NCBI GenBank assembly: GCA_051294905.1 | Contig: CM119372.1 | Location: 36,518,001-36,582,000, forward strand | Direction of reading: 5' to 3' | Origin: Botryllus schlosseri | Lineage: Eukaryota | DNA: 64,000 bases | Shown here: in pieces, positions 12,371 through 26,589 of the stretch | How positions within the stretch are numbered: the first letter of the stretch is position 1 | How the letters are laid out: each line of letters opens with the position of its first letter | Notes under the pieces: model-generated | Databases searched by the model: none | Told to the model about the DNA's origin: nothing | What the model saw: the letters and a program-made list of their open reading frames with translations, nothing else | Translations under genes and position numbers: made by a program

Positions 12371-15143
12371 TAATTTCTGACGAGTCTGCGCACACTCACC
12401 AACTTACTGCGCAGACCCTTGGACATTGACAACCATGATTAAAGACTATAAAAAGGTCATCATTGCTGATTTTTTGTGCGCAACTTTGATTTTCTGTGCG
12501 CACAGATCGTGTCAGCACTGAGTAATTCCCTGTCAACATGCAAATATTTTTTAAATCCGTCTCCACACCCTCTGATTTTTCTCTAAATTTATATACAACT
12601 AAAGTATCTAGTTCTGAGTACAACGAAATTTATTTCGGAAAATTTCGTTGAACGGTTCTCGAGTTATTGCTGTTTGAAAAATGATGATTTTGTGTTTTGT
12701 GATTACTCAACCATGAAATTTTGCAACATAAAACCTGTGTATGATTGTAACTAATATAGCTCAGAGGTTACGTAGAATAAAGGTTTGAATGTTATTCGGC
12801 AATAATTGTTGGTACATGTTCTTCACTTACCACGAATTTCCGCGGCCCACAGTATTGGGTCAAGGTTCAAAACGCGATTTCAAAATTGGCATATGTTAAA
12901 ATCGGTGATGCATAACGATATTTTTCAACTCATCTGGTACAATTCTATTTGAACCAAAATTCACAAGCAAGGTGTCATTTGAAAGCTGTTTCCAACTAGA
13001 ATGCACGAAACTTGGTTTTATTATTGATATTTGACAGCAACATGGTTAAAAATATAATATGGTGCATAATGCAAAACAGGTCATTTTTTAATAAATTTTA
13101 ATTATATTAATTCAGTGAATATATGATTTTGACATTATTCTACTCCTTATATGATAATGTGTTTCAGTAGATAATTATTGCCATGCTCAGAGAGTACTTT
13201 TATTTATTGCATGTGCATTATGCTTGCAAGGGTGCTTCTGGGTTTACCGACTATCAGTAATTCGAGTCAACATCCAAATAATATTTCAATTCGTCTTCAC
13301 ACCCTCGCAGATTTCTCTGCAATATCATGTACAACTAAAGTACCCAATTCTGAGTGAAATAGAATTTAATTAATATAACTTTATTGATCGGTTCTTGAGC
13401 AATTGCAGTATGAAGAATGAGGATTTCGTGCTTACTCAACCATGAAATTTGCGTATAATTATAACTGCTAAAATCATTACTTATACAGGCTGCAGGTAGT
13501 AATGCTGGTAAGCAATGATTGGTGGTACATGTTCTTCACTCACTAGGAATTCCCCTCCGCATTACAGAATCAAGGTTCAAATCTTGATTTGAAAATTGAC
13601 ATACCAGTATGTTAAAATCAGTGATGCGTGACGATATTTCTGAACTCTCTGGCATGACTCTATCTAACTCAAAATTCATAAGTAAGGTGTCATATGAAAG
13701 CTGTTACCAATTAGAATCCATCAGAATTGGTTGTGAATTGAATATAAGACAAGAACACGGTTAAAAATATACTTTGACACATTATGCAGAACAGGTCATG
13801 CACTATTTAGAGCGCATCTTTTCAATGAAGTTTTAGACAAGTGGCAGTCAAATATCACATGCAATACCAAGTCAGCTACGTTCTACTCTTTCCAAGCTTC
13901 CATTTGACACCTTCCTCGAAAAAATCGGTTTAAATAGAATTACGCTAGGCAGAGTTGCATATTTGTTACGCATGGCTGATTTTGAAAACATGGTGACTTT
14001 GAATTGACATTTGACCCCTAACCCCCATTAGTAAAGTTGAAAATTTAGGTCTATCACAATAAGCATATACCAAAATATCTTACTACAGAAATTTAAGTCT
14101 GCCCGGCAGCAATTTGATCACTATAATGTTAATTACAATTAGACATAGGTTCCAAGCGGTATAGCGTCACGGCCGAGTGAGCACAAAATGTCACTGGTAT
14201 TGACTCAAAAAACCAAAATCCGGTTAGCTCTAATTATAAAAAGCATGTAGAAATGGCAACTTGCAAGTTATTGACCATATTTTTTTTCACAAGAGTATTT
14301 ACAAAATGGTATTAGAGCATGCGACAAATATAAACATTCACGCAGATTCCAAAGTGTCGATAAAGACGTCTCACCTTTACCACATTTTATCAAGCGAAAG
14401 CTTCTTTTGTTTCGACTCCAGTGAGTTTAAAGCATTTGGCAAATCAGCTTTAGTCAAGAAATTGCAATAACTCTCTAACGAATTGTCCGATTTTCTTGAA
14501 ACAAAGTTTGTTATGCACCAAATTTATTGCCTGATCGATGTGAAAATTTTCAATTTGATCTGAAATGGTGTGAAGACGGGCGTTTGCATGTTGAGAGGGA
14601 ATTACTCCACTGCGCATTTGCGCACGTGCCCAGCTTGGAGGAAACATTGCTGCCAAGGCCTGGAAACAGCGAATATTCGCACAGTATGGTAAAGTATTAG
14701 TGAAATCACACTATCTGTAGCAGATTTCTTGGGTTTAGCGATATTCCAAAGCGTCTGTATAACGTCGTCGGCAATTTTAATAATTCCCATAGAACTATGG
14801 ATTACTGGGCTTGACGCCTAGGTAGTAACGTTTTTTTTAAGATCAGGTGATATGTAACCTAGAATAAACTTTAGTGGTATCGTTTTTAACTTCTACGCTT
14901 CGTTACGACAACTGTTATTTGACAAATATAGGTTTTCCATTTATATATGAGAAAGCAAATTCATCAAATTTAAGCTGCGCGCGTGCGCGGCCGCACATTG
15001 CTGACAAAATCGCCACGCACAGAAAATCTGTGCCGCGCACAAAAAAAAGCCGAAGTGATGACCTTTCTTTCAGTCGTTACGCACTGTTGTCCAAGGGAGC
15101 GCACGGTGAGTTGGTGAGTGCGCGCAGACTAGTGAAAAATTAA
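12371..15143. mobile_element. Non-autonomous TIR element nested in the hAT, with an internal diverged duplication at ~735-bp period
   Basis: Imperfect ~150-bp TIRs 12371-12530 vs 14995-15143; ~12560-13085 resembles ~13295-13800; TSD unresolved. Confidence 0.7.
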
Positions 15144-15907
15144 CGGTCCATACCAATACTGATTCAGAACAATAACAATCTAAACTCGAGAACATATCAA
15201 GAGACCAGATCACGTCAAAGAATGGTTATTCAAACGAAACATCGACGATGCGATAAGAGAGCTAAGTAGATAAATTAATTTGCAACAATGCTGGGCCAGT
15301 AGTAATTGCGTTCGTAATGAAAGAGGCCGCGGGCCGCAAAATGGACCTCTGTGGGCCGCGGGTTGAGAACCCCTGCAGTAGGGGCTGTGCTCACACAATT
15401 CTTTATTTTTTAATAAATATAATATATCTTTAACTTGGAGAACTCAAATTCCAGTAGGGCCTCTCATAAAACACAAGTCCGTTCGTCCGAAAGAAATAGT
15501 AGATAAAATTCGAATAACGTAATAATAATAAGGATCAAAAGGTCACTAATGCAATTAAACAACTGCTTCTGACTATGCCAATTGTCACAAGGGTTTGGTA
15601 CCAGACCACATTACGATGTAGTAATCCTGAACCTGTTGCAGTAATTTCTTGAAGCTACTTATCTGTAAATATGCTACCCTTTTGAATTGATTCATGAATT
15701 TAGCCTGGCTAATCGGGATCAGAACAGTTGATTTAGTACATTTACTCATGCCGACTTTTACAGCACTGAATTTGTATCAGGACTTATAAATATTTAGGCC
15801 TAGCCTAACTTCTTGGTCATTAAATCCTAATATTTTTGTAGACACAATACAATTAAATAATTAAATTCGTACTAAAGGCTGGTCTCAATCAACACCATAC
15901 TTGAACA

Positions 15908-16303
15908 ATGGCAGCGGGGGAGCCGATGGGAATGTACACACCAGGAAAAATAACGGAAATTGAAGACGATGAAGAGTTCCAAGACGAAACGCTCATCGAA
16001 AGACTCTACGGACTGACTGAAATGTTTCCAGAGTCCGTACGAAACGCATCATATTCGGCCGCTATAACAAGCTGCAAGGCGTCAAAGGCGTTGTACAGAT
16101 TCACAAGACGCTCAATGTGGATTGGATCCACAAGTCTAATGATTTTGGCCGCACCGATTGTGTTCGAACAAGAACGCTTCGCTTTGGAACAGCAGCAGCT
16201 GTCTCAGCAACGACAAATGCTGTTAGGGCCTAACGCCGCCATGTCCGGCGCATTTGGTATGCCGCAAGGCCCACCCGGAATGGCACCACCGCCGCCAAAA
16301 TAG
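15908..16303 (+). CDS. TOMM22: Mitochondrial import receptor subunit TOM22 (single exon, 131 aa)
   Basis: Acidic N-terminus, DETLIERLYGLTEMFPE, TM WIGSTSLMILAAPIVFEQER, QQRQMLLGP signature. Confidence 0.96.
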   Translation: MAAGEPMGMYTPGKITEIEDDEEFQDETLIERLYGLTEMFPESVRNASYSAAITSCKASKALYRFTRRSMWIGSTSLMILAAPIVFEQERFALEQQQLSQQRQMLLGPNAAMSGAFGMPQGPPGMAPPPPK

Positions 16304-17103
16304 AATCTTTTTCACGCATTACAGGCTCTAAATTGCCTGCTAAGCATTTGAGACAACATGCCTGATATCATGCGTGATAATATAAAAGTCAGAGTAGTTA
16401 CCTTTGATACTTGAGCTGATATGAAATTGACAACCGAAAGAGATTGGTTCGGTGATCCTGCTCAAAAAGCTCTTACACAAGTGGCTGAGTTATGTTTTCA
16501 CAATATGCGAGTGTCGCGTTGCATTATAAACTGTAATTGTGTGTCGTTTTTGTGACTGGTTGTTAACCGTTAGTGGTGGCACATGTATAACATGCAGCTG
16601 GCTAGGGTGCACATGAGCTTGACGCTACGCAGTAGAATAGGTTGAGACAAATTGCAGGAAACCAACTAGTAGACGGCTGTCGGCACTGTGTCTTGAGACA
16701 TTTACCGTAGAAATTAGATTTGAGATGTGTCCGGTTGGCGGGCACTTACGCTAAACATAGCAGATGGATAGATATCGTACTTTTGTAAGATCCACCCTGT
16801 CATCAAATAATTTTGTGAGGTCTATTAACCCTGACTTGACTAAATTATATCCTACTGCACACAGACATTACCATACCTATTTCTGCCCTGGAATATATCC
16901 ACACAGGATAGAGTATGCAGAATTTATAATAATGAAACCCTCTCTTGAATTCAATGGCCCAATCCTGATTGCTCAAAACTTGCGGACCATGGCATTCACG
17001 ACTTTCCCAGAGTATTATTGACTATAGGGTGCATCTATTTTGTCAACATCACCAGCTATTCTCAATTCAAATCAATGTCGACGACTATGTCTACTTCAGC
17101 ACC

Positions 17104-19061
17104 AACTTCTGGGGCACTTTGCCTCCCCCCAGACCCCCCTCAGGCTATCCCACTGTTTACCGCTACTTTTCTTCTACATTGGGTGCCCGTTTAGTGAGTC
17201 CCCTTTCCTCGCCTAAACACGCGACACGCGAGAAATTTCTATGATACATGACTGAGTCTGTCAATATGATCGGGAATTGCATATCTATTGCTATCTGATT
17301 TACCGGTAGAGCTGAGTGAGGTGTTTTTGAAAATGTAGAACCCCTCAATAATAATTGAATTAATAATCTCCTGGTGTATACCAGTTGGCAGGAACGAAAC
17401 AGCACTATTGTAAGACCCACCCAAAGAAATTTGGGCTACCATAGGGTGATAAACTGACCCCCCATCAAGTTGTTTGCTTTTGCCACGAAATTAGAGTTGT
17501 ACTGTTTAGTGAGCCAGCGCTATGCGCGAAAATGTTCGATAAGATTGGGAATTGCATATATATTGCTATCAATGTCTTGTCCTCTCTGCTCACGTGATCA
17601 GATTTACCGGTAGAGCTGGGTGAGGTGTCTTTGTATCTACAGTCCGTAAATAATAATTGAACATCTTACGGCGGGCAGACCCGTCGGTATGACTTCGTTA
17701 CGTGATGTTATTTCGTGACCTCCTGTCTGCTATATCAGAAAATATAGAATCGCTAAAACGTACTATACTGAAAGATTACACGAGTTCGGATTGGTATTTC
17801 TTCACTTGCAGATATTTTTTTCCTGCGGGATAGTATTTGTCTTGTGAGGTTCAGATTGCCAAGACAGGAACATTTAGGCGCCTATATTGACAAATGAACC
17901 TGTGTGTATGTATGTATTTTGTATATATAACGAAGTTTTCGGTCAGCATAAGGGCAGTCCTTTACGGCCAAGGATTTCTCGCTGCGATCGTTCTGGCACA
18001 CTTCTTGCAGTCGCATGTTGCGTGGCCTAAAACAGCAGTTCTCAACCTGGGGTCCGCGAAACCCAATTTTTTTTTAATTAAGAAAAGCATGGGACAGTTT
18101 CGCTTCATAATTGCTAAAACTCTAGGACTCGCATCATTAAAACGCATGAAATAGCAGACTGTGCAGACACATGCTAATTTTCAAATTACCAATAGCTATT
18201 TAGAGATGTTTTGTTGGGGTTTGTGGAAAAATGAAATGTTCGAGATAGCATTTTAGATTTGGAGTTGTCAATCTCGGCAAATTAGCGAACAGTCGTTTGA
18301 AACATAGAAATTCCTGAATTTTTGAAATATAATCTGTCCCAATGAAGGAATTGAAACCTCGCCACCAAATCCACTCTTGTGACATAACCACTAAACAACT
18401 TGAAAATAAGATGCCAAGTCTGGGCGTGATGTGTTCATTAAAAATCACACCAAAAGCTGTCGTCGGAAGCGTTACGTGTTAATATTACATTCGCCACCAA
18501 TACATCTTTGTTGAAATGGATTTTCGGCACTCGTTCATATCCAATCGCAGACGGGGATTTCAAGGCAATAAATACAGCTGCTGCAAAATTCGTTTCGATA
18601 TAAGAACAGTCTACCCAATTTCTACATATAGTGTGATGTTACAAGAAAAGTCATTTTGTGACTGTTTATCACTAGCCTACAATCAATATGTGCGCGAGAC
18701 AGATGCTGGTTGCACGATAATTGAGCTAATTTTGAACGAAAACTTGAGGGGGTCCGCGAAGACAAAAAGTTCGAGAACCACTGGCCTAAAACGTCATATG
18801 TCTTTGTGCGTCGCGCCGCGGTAATGGCCAACGCCGATATGCCCATTTCTATAAACCTTGCGTATATTTTGTTGGGGGAACAGCGGCCAATAATCAAGAT
18901 ATTTGGCGACTAGAAATCGCGCACGCGCGAAAAATTTTTGAAAAAGTTGCATCAATTTTCAAAATATACTCTATAACTTATGCTAATTCACAAAATAATT
19001 TTGGGCCCCCTTCGAGCTCACCCCCCCCCCCTCAATTTGAGGTCTGGCAGTTACGGCCCTG
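17104..19061. mobile_element. hAT MITE family copy with left end lost, paralog of 52291-53587, interrupted by a nested MITE
   Basis: Colinear similarity to 52370-53587; right TIR cagttacggccctg ends 19061. Confidence 0.8.
18033..18783. mobile_element. Nested hAT MITE
   Basis: TIR cagcagttctcaac / ttcgagaaccactg; perfect TSD GCCTAAAA; empty site in the paralog at ~53300. Confidence 0.92.
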
Positions 19062-19750
19062 ATTCTACTAGAGTAGCACCAATGGCAGCAGCTAGCTTGA
19101 CCCCTTCATGAACTAGTCATTATTCTACTTGAGTTTTCGACTTTGCTGCTACTTAACTACAACAATGAAATATTTCCTAGCACAGTCAGATAGATCTCCG
19201 ACATTGAGGCTACTCGACTAGAATTGTTTGCGACATTTTCAATGAATGCAATGACAAAGTAGATTCACATCTGACTTCATACAAGTGCTACAGGCACGTA
19301 ACAACACTTTTTTGACCAACTTGTATGTATTCCACTTCCGTCACTGTACCATGCAGTTTCAACCACCCACACAATTAGTAGGTAATTCAGACCTGCCTGA
19401 TGCAATTTATAAAAGTGTAGGTAGTCTGGAGGACTTCATTTCCACTATGTTGCCAAGATGCACTGCACTCTAAATGTCTCAAATTTAAGTTTGAAGTGCT
19501 AATGAAATTGGGGTGCAGTCATATTCCTTGAGAGACGACATCAACTCGTGGTCCTATTTCACCTTTTCAATCTCTGTGGTGTCGACATCACACTTCATCG
19601 TTTCTGAATAACATTGACTGATAATTAACTGAAATTCGTTCTCTGGGTGACTGCTTAATTGCGTCAACAAAGTGTAACAGTGGCGTGTTGTGCTTCAGAA
19701 GTTTCGCAATGTGTTGGGAAGGTGTCATGTGTGATCTCAATGCCATGGAG

Positions 19751-20220
19751 CAGCGGTACCCAACCGGTGGGGAATTCACACATTTGTTAAGTAATATATA
19801 CAGGATAGTTCACATATTTAAGGAGACACATGTGCCAATACACTGCTCTTGAATGCATGCATCGAAAATTATAAATTGAAAGTGTCCACGGAGGATGCCC
19901 AAATGTCCTATTACTTACGGTAGTTATTTGTCCTCTTTTACTCTGAAAAGGATTCAAATGCCCCGAAATATGCGACTCCGCGTATCAGAGTTTCATAAAA
20001 AATCGGAAGCCAAGTCAAAGTGATGACCCTTTTTTTAGTCAACACAATACTGTCGCCATATCAGTCGAAAAATTTTCAAAATCATTTTTTTTTTTGGAGC
20101 TTTCAGAATTTATAAAACTTGTCCTCTTATTAGGATCTCAGACTACAGCAGCCCTATTTTAAATGGTATACAGGAGTTTCGGGTAGTGGGGAATGAAGAT
20201 AAAATAGTTGGGAACCACTG
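19751..20220. mobile_element. hAT MITE
   Basis: TIR cagcggtacccaac / gttgggaaccactg; TSD CCATGGAG / CCATAGAG (7/8). Confidence 0.85.
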
Positions 20221-20947
20221 CCATAGAGATTATGAAGCGCTCGTCAAAATACTTTACCTATAGTCCTAACACAGTGGCTTTCTGAGTGAAATCGCTGCCA
20301 GTTAATTTTTTCACACGTTCAACACTCACCAAATCATACTAATATCGCAATGCCTCATTACCAGGCTCTATGGACTTTCGTACTGATCAGCAGCAGCCCA
20401 CATCACAACATCAACACAACTTTTTTTCGGCTGTATACTATATAGTTAATCTACTGAAATCAAAGTGCATAATGTTAAAACAGTTGCAGCATACACAAAC
20501 TGATTTTAAATGTGACAACACAAAGTCAATTACTGAGCTTGTCACTGCGTCAAACCGAGCTTGACATTCCAATGTCGAAAGTGCTTAGCAATAATCCACG
20601 ATATCACAACTACGGGGTTGGGCACAATGATTTGGGCTTGCTCAAACCAGATTTTAGTATTAATTCTAATAAGTTGAGAGACGGTTCTTTCGAGTATTGC
20701 AGCAGATGAACTACGCAGTACAAAAACACACACGTTGGCATGAATGTTTCGATGAAGTCACGGCATTACAGAAAGTGTAATGAAATGGGCATGGTCCAAA
20801 AATACCAATCATCTTTAACGTGGTATAGATTAGAACTGGCATAATGCTCTTTGTGTCCCATGATGGGTACATATCTGAACTTTCCACATTCATTCCACAT
20901 TATGACGCCAAAATGGGAGGCCCTAATCACAACCCCCAAAAGGTCCT

Positions 20948-23900
20948 TTACTTCTTGTTTTTAAGATTTTCAAATCTCTTCGTCAGATCGTCGAAATCCA
21001 CATCATCACCCCCACTGGGACCGCCTGGGGGTGGTGTACTGAAAGAGCTCGGCACTGAAGGCAGGTCTGGGACCACTGGGGATGCGCTGCGGGGTGCCGG
21101 TCTCGGGGGCTGAAGGTTTGACTGCGGGGGTACGTTTGAAGCATCGTCAGCCCCAGAGTATACGTCCACTGGGGGTAGGCCGGCGGGGCTTTTGTGGGGT
21201 AACGGCGGGGCTTGGTGACCATCGTCCATATCGGGTGGTGGTTTCATGTAAGACGCGCCTCCTGCTTGGTTGGGATCATTTGGTGTGTAGGGTGGCAGTG
21301 ACGTAGGTCCTGGGATCTCCGAGTAGGTATCTGGATCCATGTAACTCGCACCTGGTGCAGACGCACCGGGTGGGTACGAAAACGGGACTGGTGCTGGCAT
21401 TTGGCCCCCGCCACCCCCACCAAACCCAGGACCGCCAGGTCCTTTTGGACCATTGTACGGTGGATCCACACTCTTATCGTACAATTCGATAAGCTCAGAC
21501 TCGGCGATAGCGCCTGGGGCTTCACCCACGTCATCACGCATTGCGTTTTCGTCTGGAGTGAAGTCGATGTTTGCGGCACGCGCGATTTCGATGAGATATT
21601 GCTCGACGAGCTTTTTCGGGGGTGGCGACGGGTCCAGTTTGTGCATGAGACGCTCGCAGACGGTGCCGATCTCGTTCGAATGGCACGCCTTCATGTATTC
21701 CTTGCCGTAGTAAGCGCCCAGTTGGTCGTGGACCACCTGCAGCTCTTCGCAGTGGCTCTTCATCCTGACAAAATGATTGTCCAGTTAGAAGTAGGGCTGG
21801 ACATAATGATTCAATACTTAAATTCAAATCAAGTATCAATTCTAATGAATCAAGTTGAGCAGTAAAAGACGAATTGTTCGAGCACTGAAATTTACACGTC
21901 GTTTTCCACCAAAAGGTATTTGGAGGGCTTCTTAGAGGTACAGAACTTCGATATACAATTTAATAGTAGTTGTGTCGCCAAAAGAAGTTCGTGTATATTG
22001 AACGCTCTCTTATTCGAAACTTCATGTTGGTGACGTCATATTTTGTGATAAGATTGTTGATATGACATACAATGTTCTTTCCAATTATCTACAAGTTGCT
22101 GACGATTACCGCTGAGGCGCTGACGAGTGTCAGCCGAAAATATTCGGGGTTCATTTCAATATGAATATATTCAAGTTACATTGTCAACGAGAAGTATGGT
22201 TTCAATACTTTTTTCTCAACGTGGATGCCTGAAACCTGAATTGGGAGTGTCACAGCACACGGAACATCCGGTACAAAGCTAAACATGTTAGTGGAGTTGT
22301 TTGTAGGTTTCATGAAATGCAATGAAGTAGGTATGGCCGAAAAATCATCCCCATGTCGTGTAATACTGGCATCACTTTCTTTGAGGTCTTCTAAGCTTTG
22401 TGCCATGATAATGAGTGATACACGAATACTCGTCTTTAAGCATACGGTAACAGTCAATTCGGAATTTAATCACTCAGGCACTAGTCCTATTTACAAGGCT
22501 GCTCAGAGTTACGGTACTAGTCAAAATAGTAGGGATGCGCACAATGATTCGAGTCGAGAAGTGGGACACAGCTTTTCCGAGTACCGGTACTAAAATTGCA
22601 CGCTCCTCAGAAGTACGAGAATTATAGTTTTGATAGTTCCTAGTGCTCCATGTTTGAACTTTACATAATCTACCATACTGCTTGGACATCATAATGAACG
22701 ACATTCAGCATTCGACTAGAAGACTAATACCGTGCTGAGTTCAGGATCGAATCACCACGCTACTCAATTTTGCCCACCCTTGCAAAGTAGTAAGTGTCGC
22801 TACTCAAGTAAATGTGGAAGTATTGCCGAAAATTTTTATTCAATTGCAATTAGAACGAATATCTAGGACAAATCAAAGCGTAGGACTAGTACTCATGTAG
22901 CTCCAAAAATTTGATTTGGTTGAGGGGTCGCACACTGGGAACCATGACCGTGAGATATTTAGTACATTAATTTTTTGTGCAAAATATTACTTACCTTATG
23001 GACACCCATATTAATGACGACACCGGTTTGCTAAGACTTTCATCCAATGATTTGGAAGCTGTCAGCAATCCTATCCTCGCCATCAAAATGTCTGCATACA
23101 TCTCGACCAACTCCATTGCCTCGACTAGGTAGTCTTCTCTGTTGAATAAATTTCACAGAACGCATTATTACCGTGCACAGGATAACTACATAAAACTGAA
23201 ATTCAACAATAATTACCGCCACAGCTGATTAGTACGTCAATTACTCAATTCGGTACAATTTTGCTGAATTGAACTCCATTGACATGAGAATTTCATAGAG
23301 ACAGAACTAACCTGTTATTTCACTGTGTCAAGTCTATAGTCTACATAACCTTGATGTTAATAACAATATCGGTTTTTGTGGGGATTCATAGCTCAAAGTC
23401 AATCTATAGCATTCATGGTAGGTCAGATGATGGCTCACAACACGTATCTTCGTGTAAAAATCAAGAAATTCCTTGTGGTTGCGTGTAGTATCACATAGAC
23501 CGATTCCATACAGGTTAATATCTAGGCCCATGTACCAAATGTGGCCAAACATGCCTCAGACACACAAACGACATCCACAGGGCCATTCTGATATTGTGAA
23601 CACTGGTACCTCCATTTTGATTACTGTACGAAGGGTGTTTGTCAATAGGAAAGAAGTACAGCTTTCAGTAAAAGGCACATTTACCGGCATGCCCCACAAA
23701 TTTACAACTGGGTCTTTATGTGATTAATTTTGACTACTTCCAATGGATACTCGCGAGTTGGTGACACAATAATGCACTTACAATTCTTTATCCTGGAGAG
23801 ATGGCTATGCCATTGTTAGGACTTAAGAATGTGACACCACATTTTGGCAACTTTATTGATAATAATCAAGCCAGTTAGCAGTTATCAAATGTTCACCCAT

Positions 23901-24125
23901 ATCGGCGTTATCTAAAGACACGCCAATTTGGATTATACCGTACCTTATGATATGTTCCACCTTTATGCGCGCACGATCGGTCTTGCTAAGCTTGATGTAT
24001 TCGGCGATTTCTCGTCTTTCTTTCATGGCCAATTCAGTTTTTTTCTTTTCAATTAGTTTGAGTCGGTTAATAACCAGGCGAAGGTTGACCTTCAATTTCT
24101 TTTCCTTGAATCCAGTACCGAACAT
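20948..24125 (-). CDS. IST1: IST1 homolog (ESCRT-III associated), 380 aa; coding exons 24125-23944, 23138-22995, 21764-20948
   Basis: Exon 1 MFGTGFKEKKLKVNLRLVINRLKLIEKKKTELA; exon 2 EDYLVEAMELVEMYADILMARIGL; exon 3 ends with MIM motif DDVDFDDLTKRFENLK; GT-AG phase-2 introns join in frame (182+144+817 nt); probable 61-nt 5'UTR intron 24219-24159. Confidence 0.95.
22530..22782. mobile_element. Short relative of the 7174-7688 hAT MITE, in IST1 intron
   Basis: tagggatgcgcacaatgattcgagt ... attttgcccaccctt; TSD-like CAAAATAG / CAAAGTAG. Confidence 0.7.
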
Positions 24126-24721
24126 TGCGCTTATTCTTAATATCGATAGAGTATATGCCTACAAGGCGAAAATACATGAAGTTAAAACATTTTTCAGTTT
24201 CATTATTATAATACCGTACCTGTATACCAACGTCTAAACCCGGCACCACTTTACTGGAAATAAACCGGGAACGTAATCAACCCACTGAGCGTGCTCGTAG
24301 TTTCCGCACTATTGAAACGACAACATATATATACATATATATGGATTTCCGCTATACACTGCCGAGTGTGCCTTGTCCACCTAATAAACCTCAGGTCTGT
24401 TAGTATTTGGGTCATGTGATCAGTTACGTCACACCACAGTCATGTGTGACGATTATCACCAGCACGAGATTTTGCACATGATCACTACAAAAATACGAGC
24501 TAAGATTAGAACGGGAAGGAACAAGCATCGGAGGCATTGCCGAAAATAGTTAGTTTGTAGTAATTGCGAATGTCTTCTTCAACTTTTGTTTGAGATATGT
24601 ATCCGAAATTATGAAACTTCTACAAATGAAACACCCCCGAATAGCGTACTGGTCGATCAACGTGCCAACTGCCCACTGTGTTGTATAGAATCATTATAGC
24701 CTTATAAAGGCTATGATAGAA

Positions 24722-25827
24722 TAGGGTTGCCATACGTCCGGAATTTCCCGGACATGTCCGGAATTTCACTGTTCAAACTAGCGTCCGGGAGGAATTTCTA
24801 AAATATGCCAAATGTCCGGAATTTTGAAGATAATTTTTTCGTAAATCAACATAAAAACAATATTTTTGGGAATATTTATGCTGATGCATGATATTTTTCT
24901 TCGGGGTGCGCGCGATTTACCATCACATTTGTTGATTTTAGTATGAAGACTACCATACCCTCGCAAAAAATGCAATGAAATATAAATAAAAACAACTTTC
25001 ATTAACTGGAATAAGACTAATTGTAGTCGCAATTATAGGAGAACGGTTTATTCCTAGAGATTGTTAAGGCCGTTTAAATGCTTTATTCGAAGATAGTGGT
25101 TCCAAACGTGGGGGTCGTTTGCCTTTATTCTGGGGTTCGCGAATATGTTGAACGTAATCAGAATCCAATATAGCCCGTGAGTAAGTCCGGGCAAAGGTGC
25201 TGACTTCTTTTATTAATCAGCTCGTCAAATTTTGATCTGGGTCACGGAACATTTTCAAATTGGAGATGGAGTTGCGACCATAAAAGGTTGGAAACCACTG
25301 GATGTGGGGTGTTTATAAAGCTTCGTGTTGCGCACCGGCATAAGACTGATAAACGATCTTATCGGACTTAACGATGTACAATAACGCTCCCTGTATTTTC
25401 ATCATCATCCTCCACCAGCTCTACCGCTAACTCATGTGGGCGGAGAGTATAGTAACTATCTATAGTAATATATGGAACAAGCGAACAACCAATATTATTG
25501 ACAGAATTCATTCAAAAAATTTAACGACATGAAGGATATAGAAACCAGATTCATGTAGCAAGCCACCCCCCCCCCCCCCCCCAGAAGTTGCATCGATTAC
25601 CCTATGGTGGGCTCAAAATCATTGTTGATTTGGGCGGGAAAGGACTGAAAACATGTGCTTTCGGTCCCGGTTACACAACACACAGCCACATACTCCTGAA
25701 CCGGGTCATGACCACCTCCGGTCTATCAGCAAAGCTTTGCTAGTGCGACGTCATAACTCATTTTGAAATCCGCTAGTGGGCGCTAAAGGGTGTCCGGAAT
25801 TTGTATCACTGAAATATGGTAACCCTA
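24722..25827. mobile_element. hAT MITE (TAGGGTT termini) with a smaller MITE-like insert at 25094-25300
   Basis: TIR tagggttgccata / tatggtaacccta; perfect TSD TGATAGAA. Confidence 0.92.
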
Positions 25828-26304
25828 TGATAGAATCATATTCCTAGGTGTAGATTAATTTATAACCTACGGTGGCATTGCTCACTTCGCATTATTTAAA
25901 ACTGCTATTCTTGTCCAGTCACCGATAAAACTAAGATGTTTCAGCTCTAAAAGTCTGTGCAAATAAATAGCGGACCGTTGTGAGGGTGTGTCGTCTGATA
26001 ACCTGCTAGAGTTGTAACCTGAGTCCAACGTAATGTGAGGCTGGGTAGATATACTTAGCTCTTTTAGTAGTAGACGCACGTCCCTGCGTTAGTCCTTGAT
26101 CTGACAACTTCAACGTGAATGCCACGACAGTATTGCCTCAGATAGATATATTGGTCGAATATGCATGGAATATACAGTAGGATATCGCATATGAGTCTGG
26201 TTTGTAATTGAAATGCACGGGCTGATGAATGGTCAGTCACGTGGTGCGAGAAGAAAGACATAAATCACGTGATATACAGATATGAGAGAGCCAGAGCGTC
26301 ACAC

Positions 26305-26589
26305 CATAGTGTCCTATATGGTGTCGGTTGACACAGGCAAATCTCACGCCTCAGTGAAATTGTATCACGTCACAATTTCCATTTGGCTACAGGCAATTTG
26401 AGGGTCATTTTTGACCGGCTTGCCGAGCATTAAATTTGGTAAAACAGGTATCAATCGAAAGCTGACTCTGCACTGATTACGAAAATATAAATTTTATTCC
26501 GCTCGTGGCCCTGGAACTCCCACAATCAGCCTCGAATTTTTCATTGTTATAGGGATTGGCATTGGGACGCAACAATATAGGACACTATG
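26305..26589. mobile_element. MITE with CATAG termini and 7-bp TSD (P-element-like)
   Basis: TIR catagtgtcctatat / atataggacactatg; GTCACAC on both sides; superfamily assignment is inference. Confidence 0.7.

Larger units (their letters stand above)
11549..15375 (-). mobile_element. Internally deleted hAT (Buster/Charlie/SPIN-type) element carrying a nested TIR element
   Basis: TIR caggggttctcaac / gttgagaacccctg; perfect TSD CAGTAGGG (11541-11548, 15376-15383); transposase relic inside. Confidence 0.92.
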
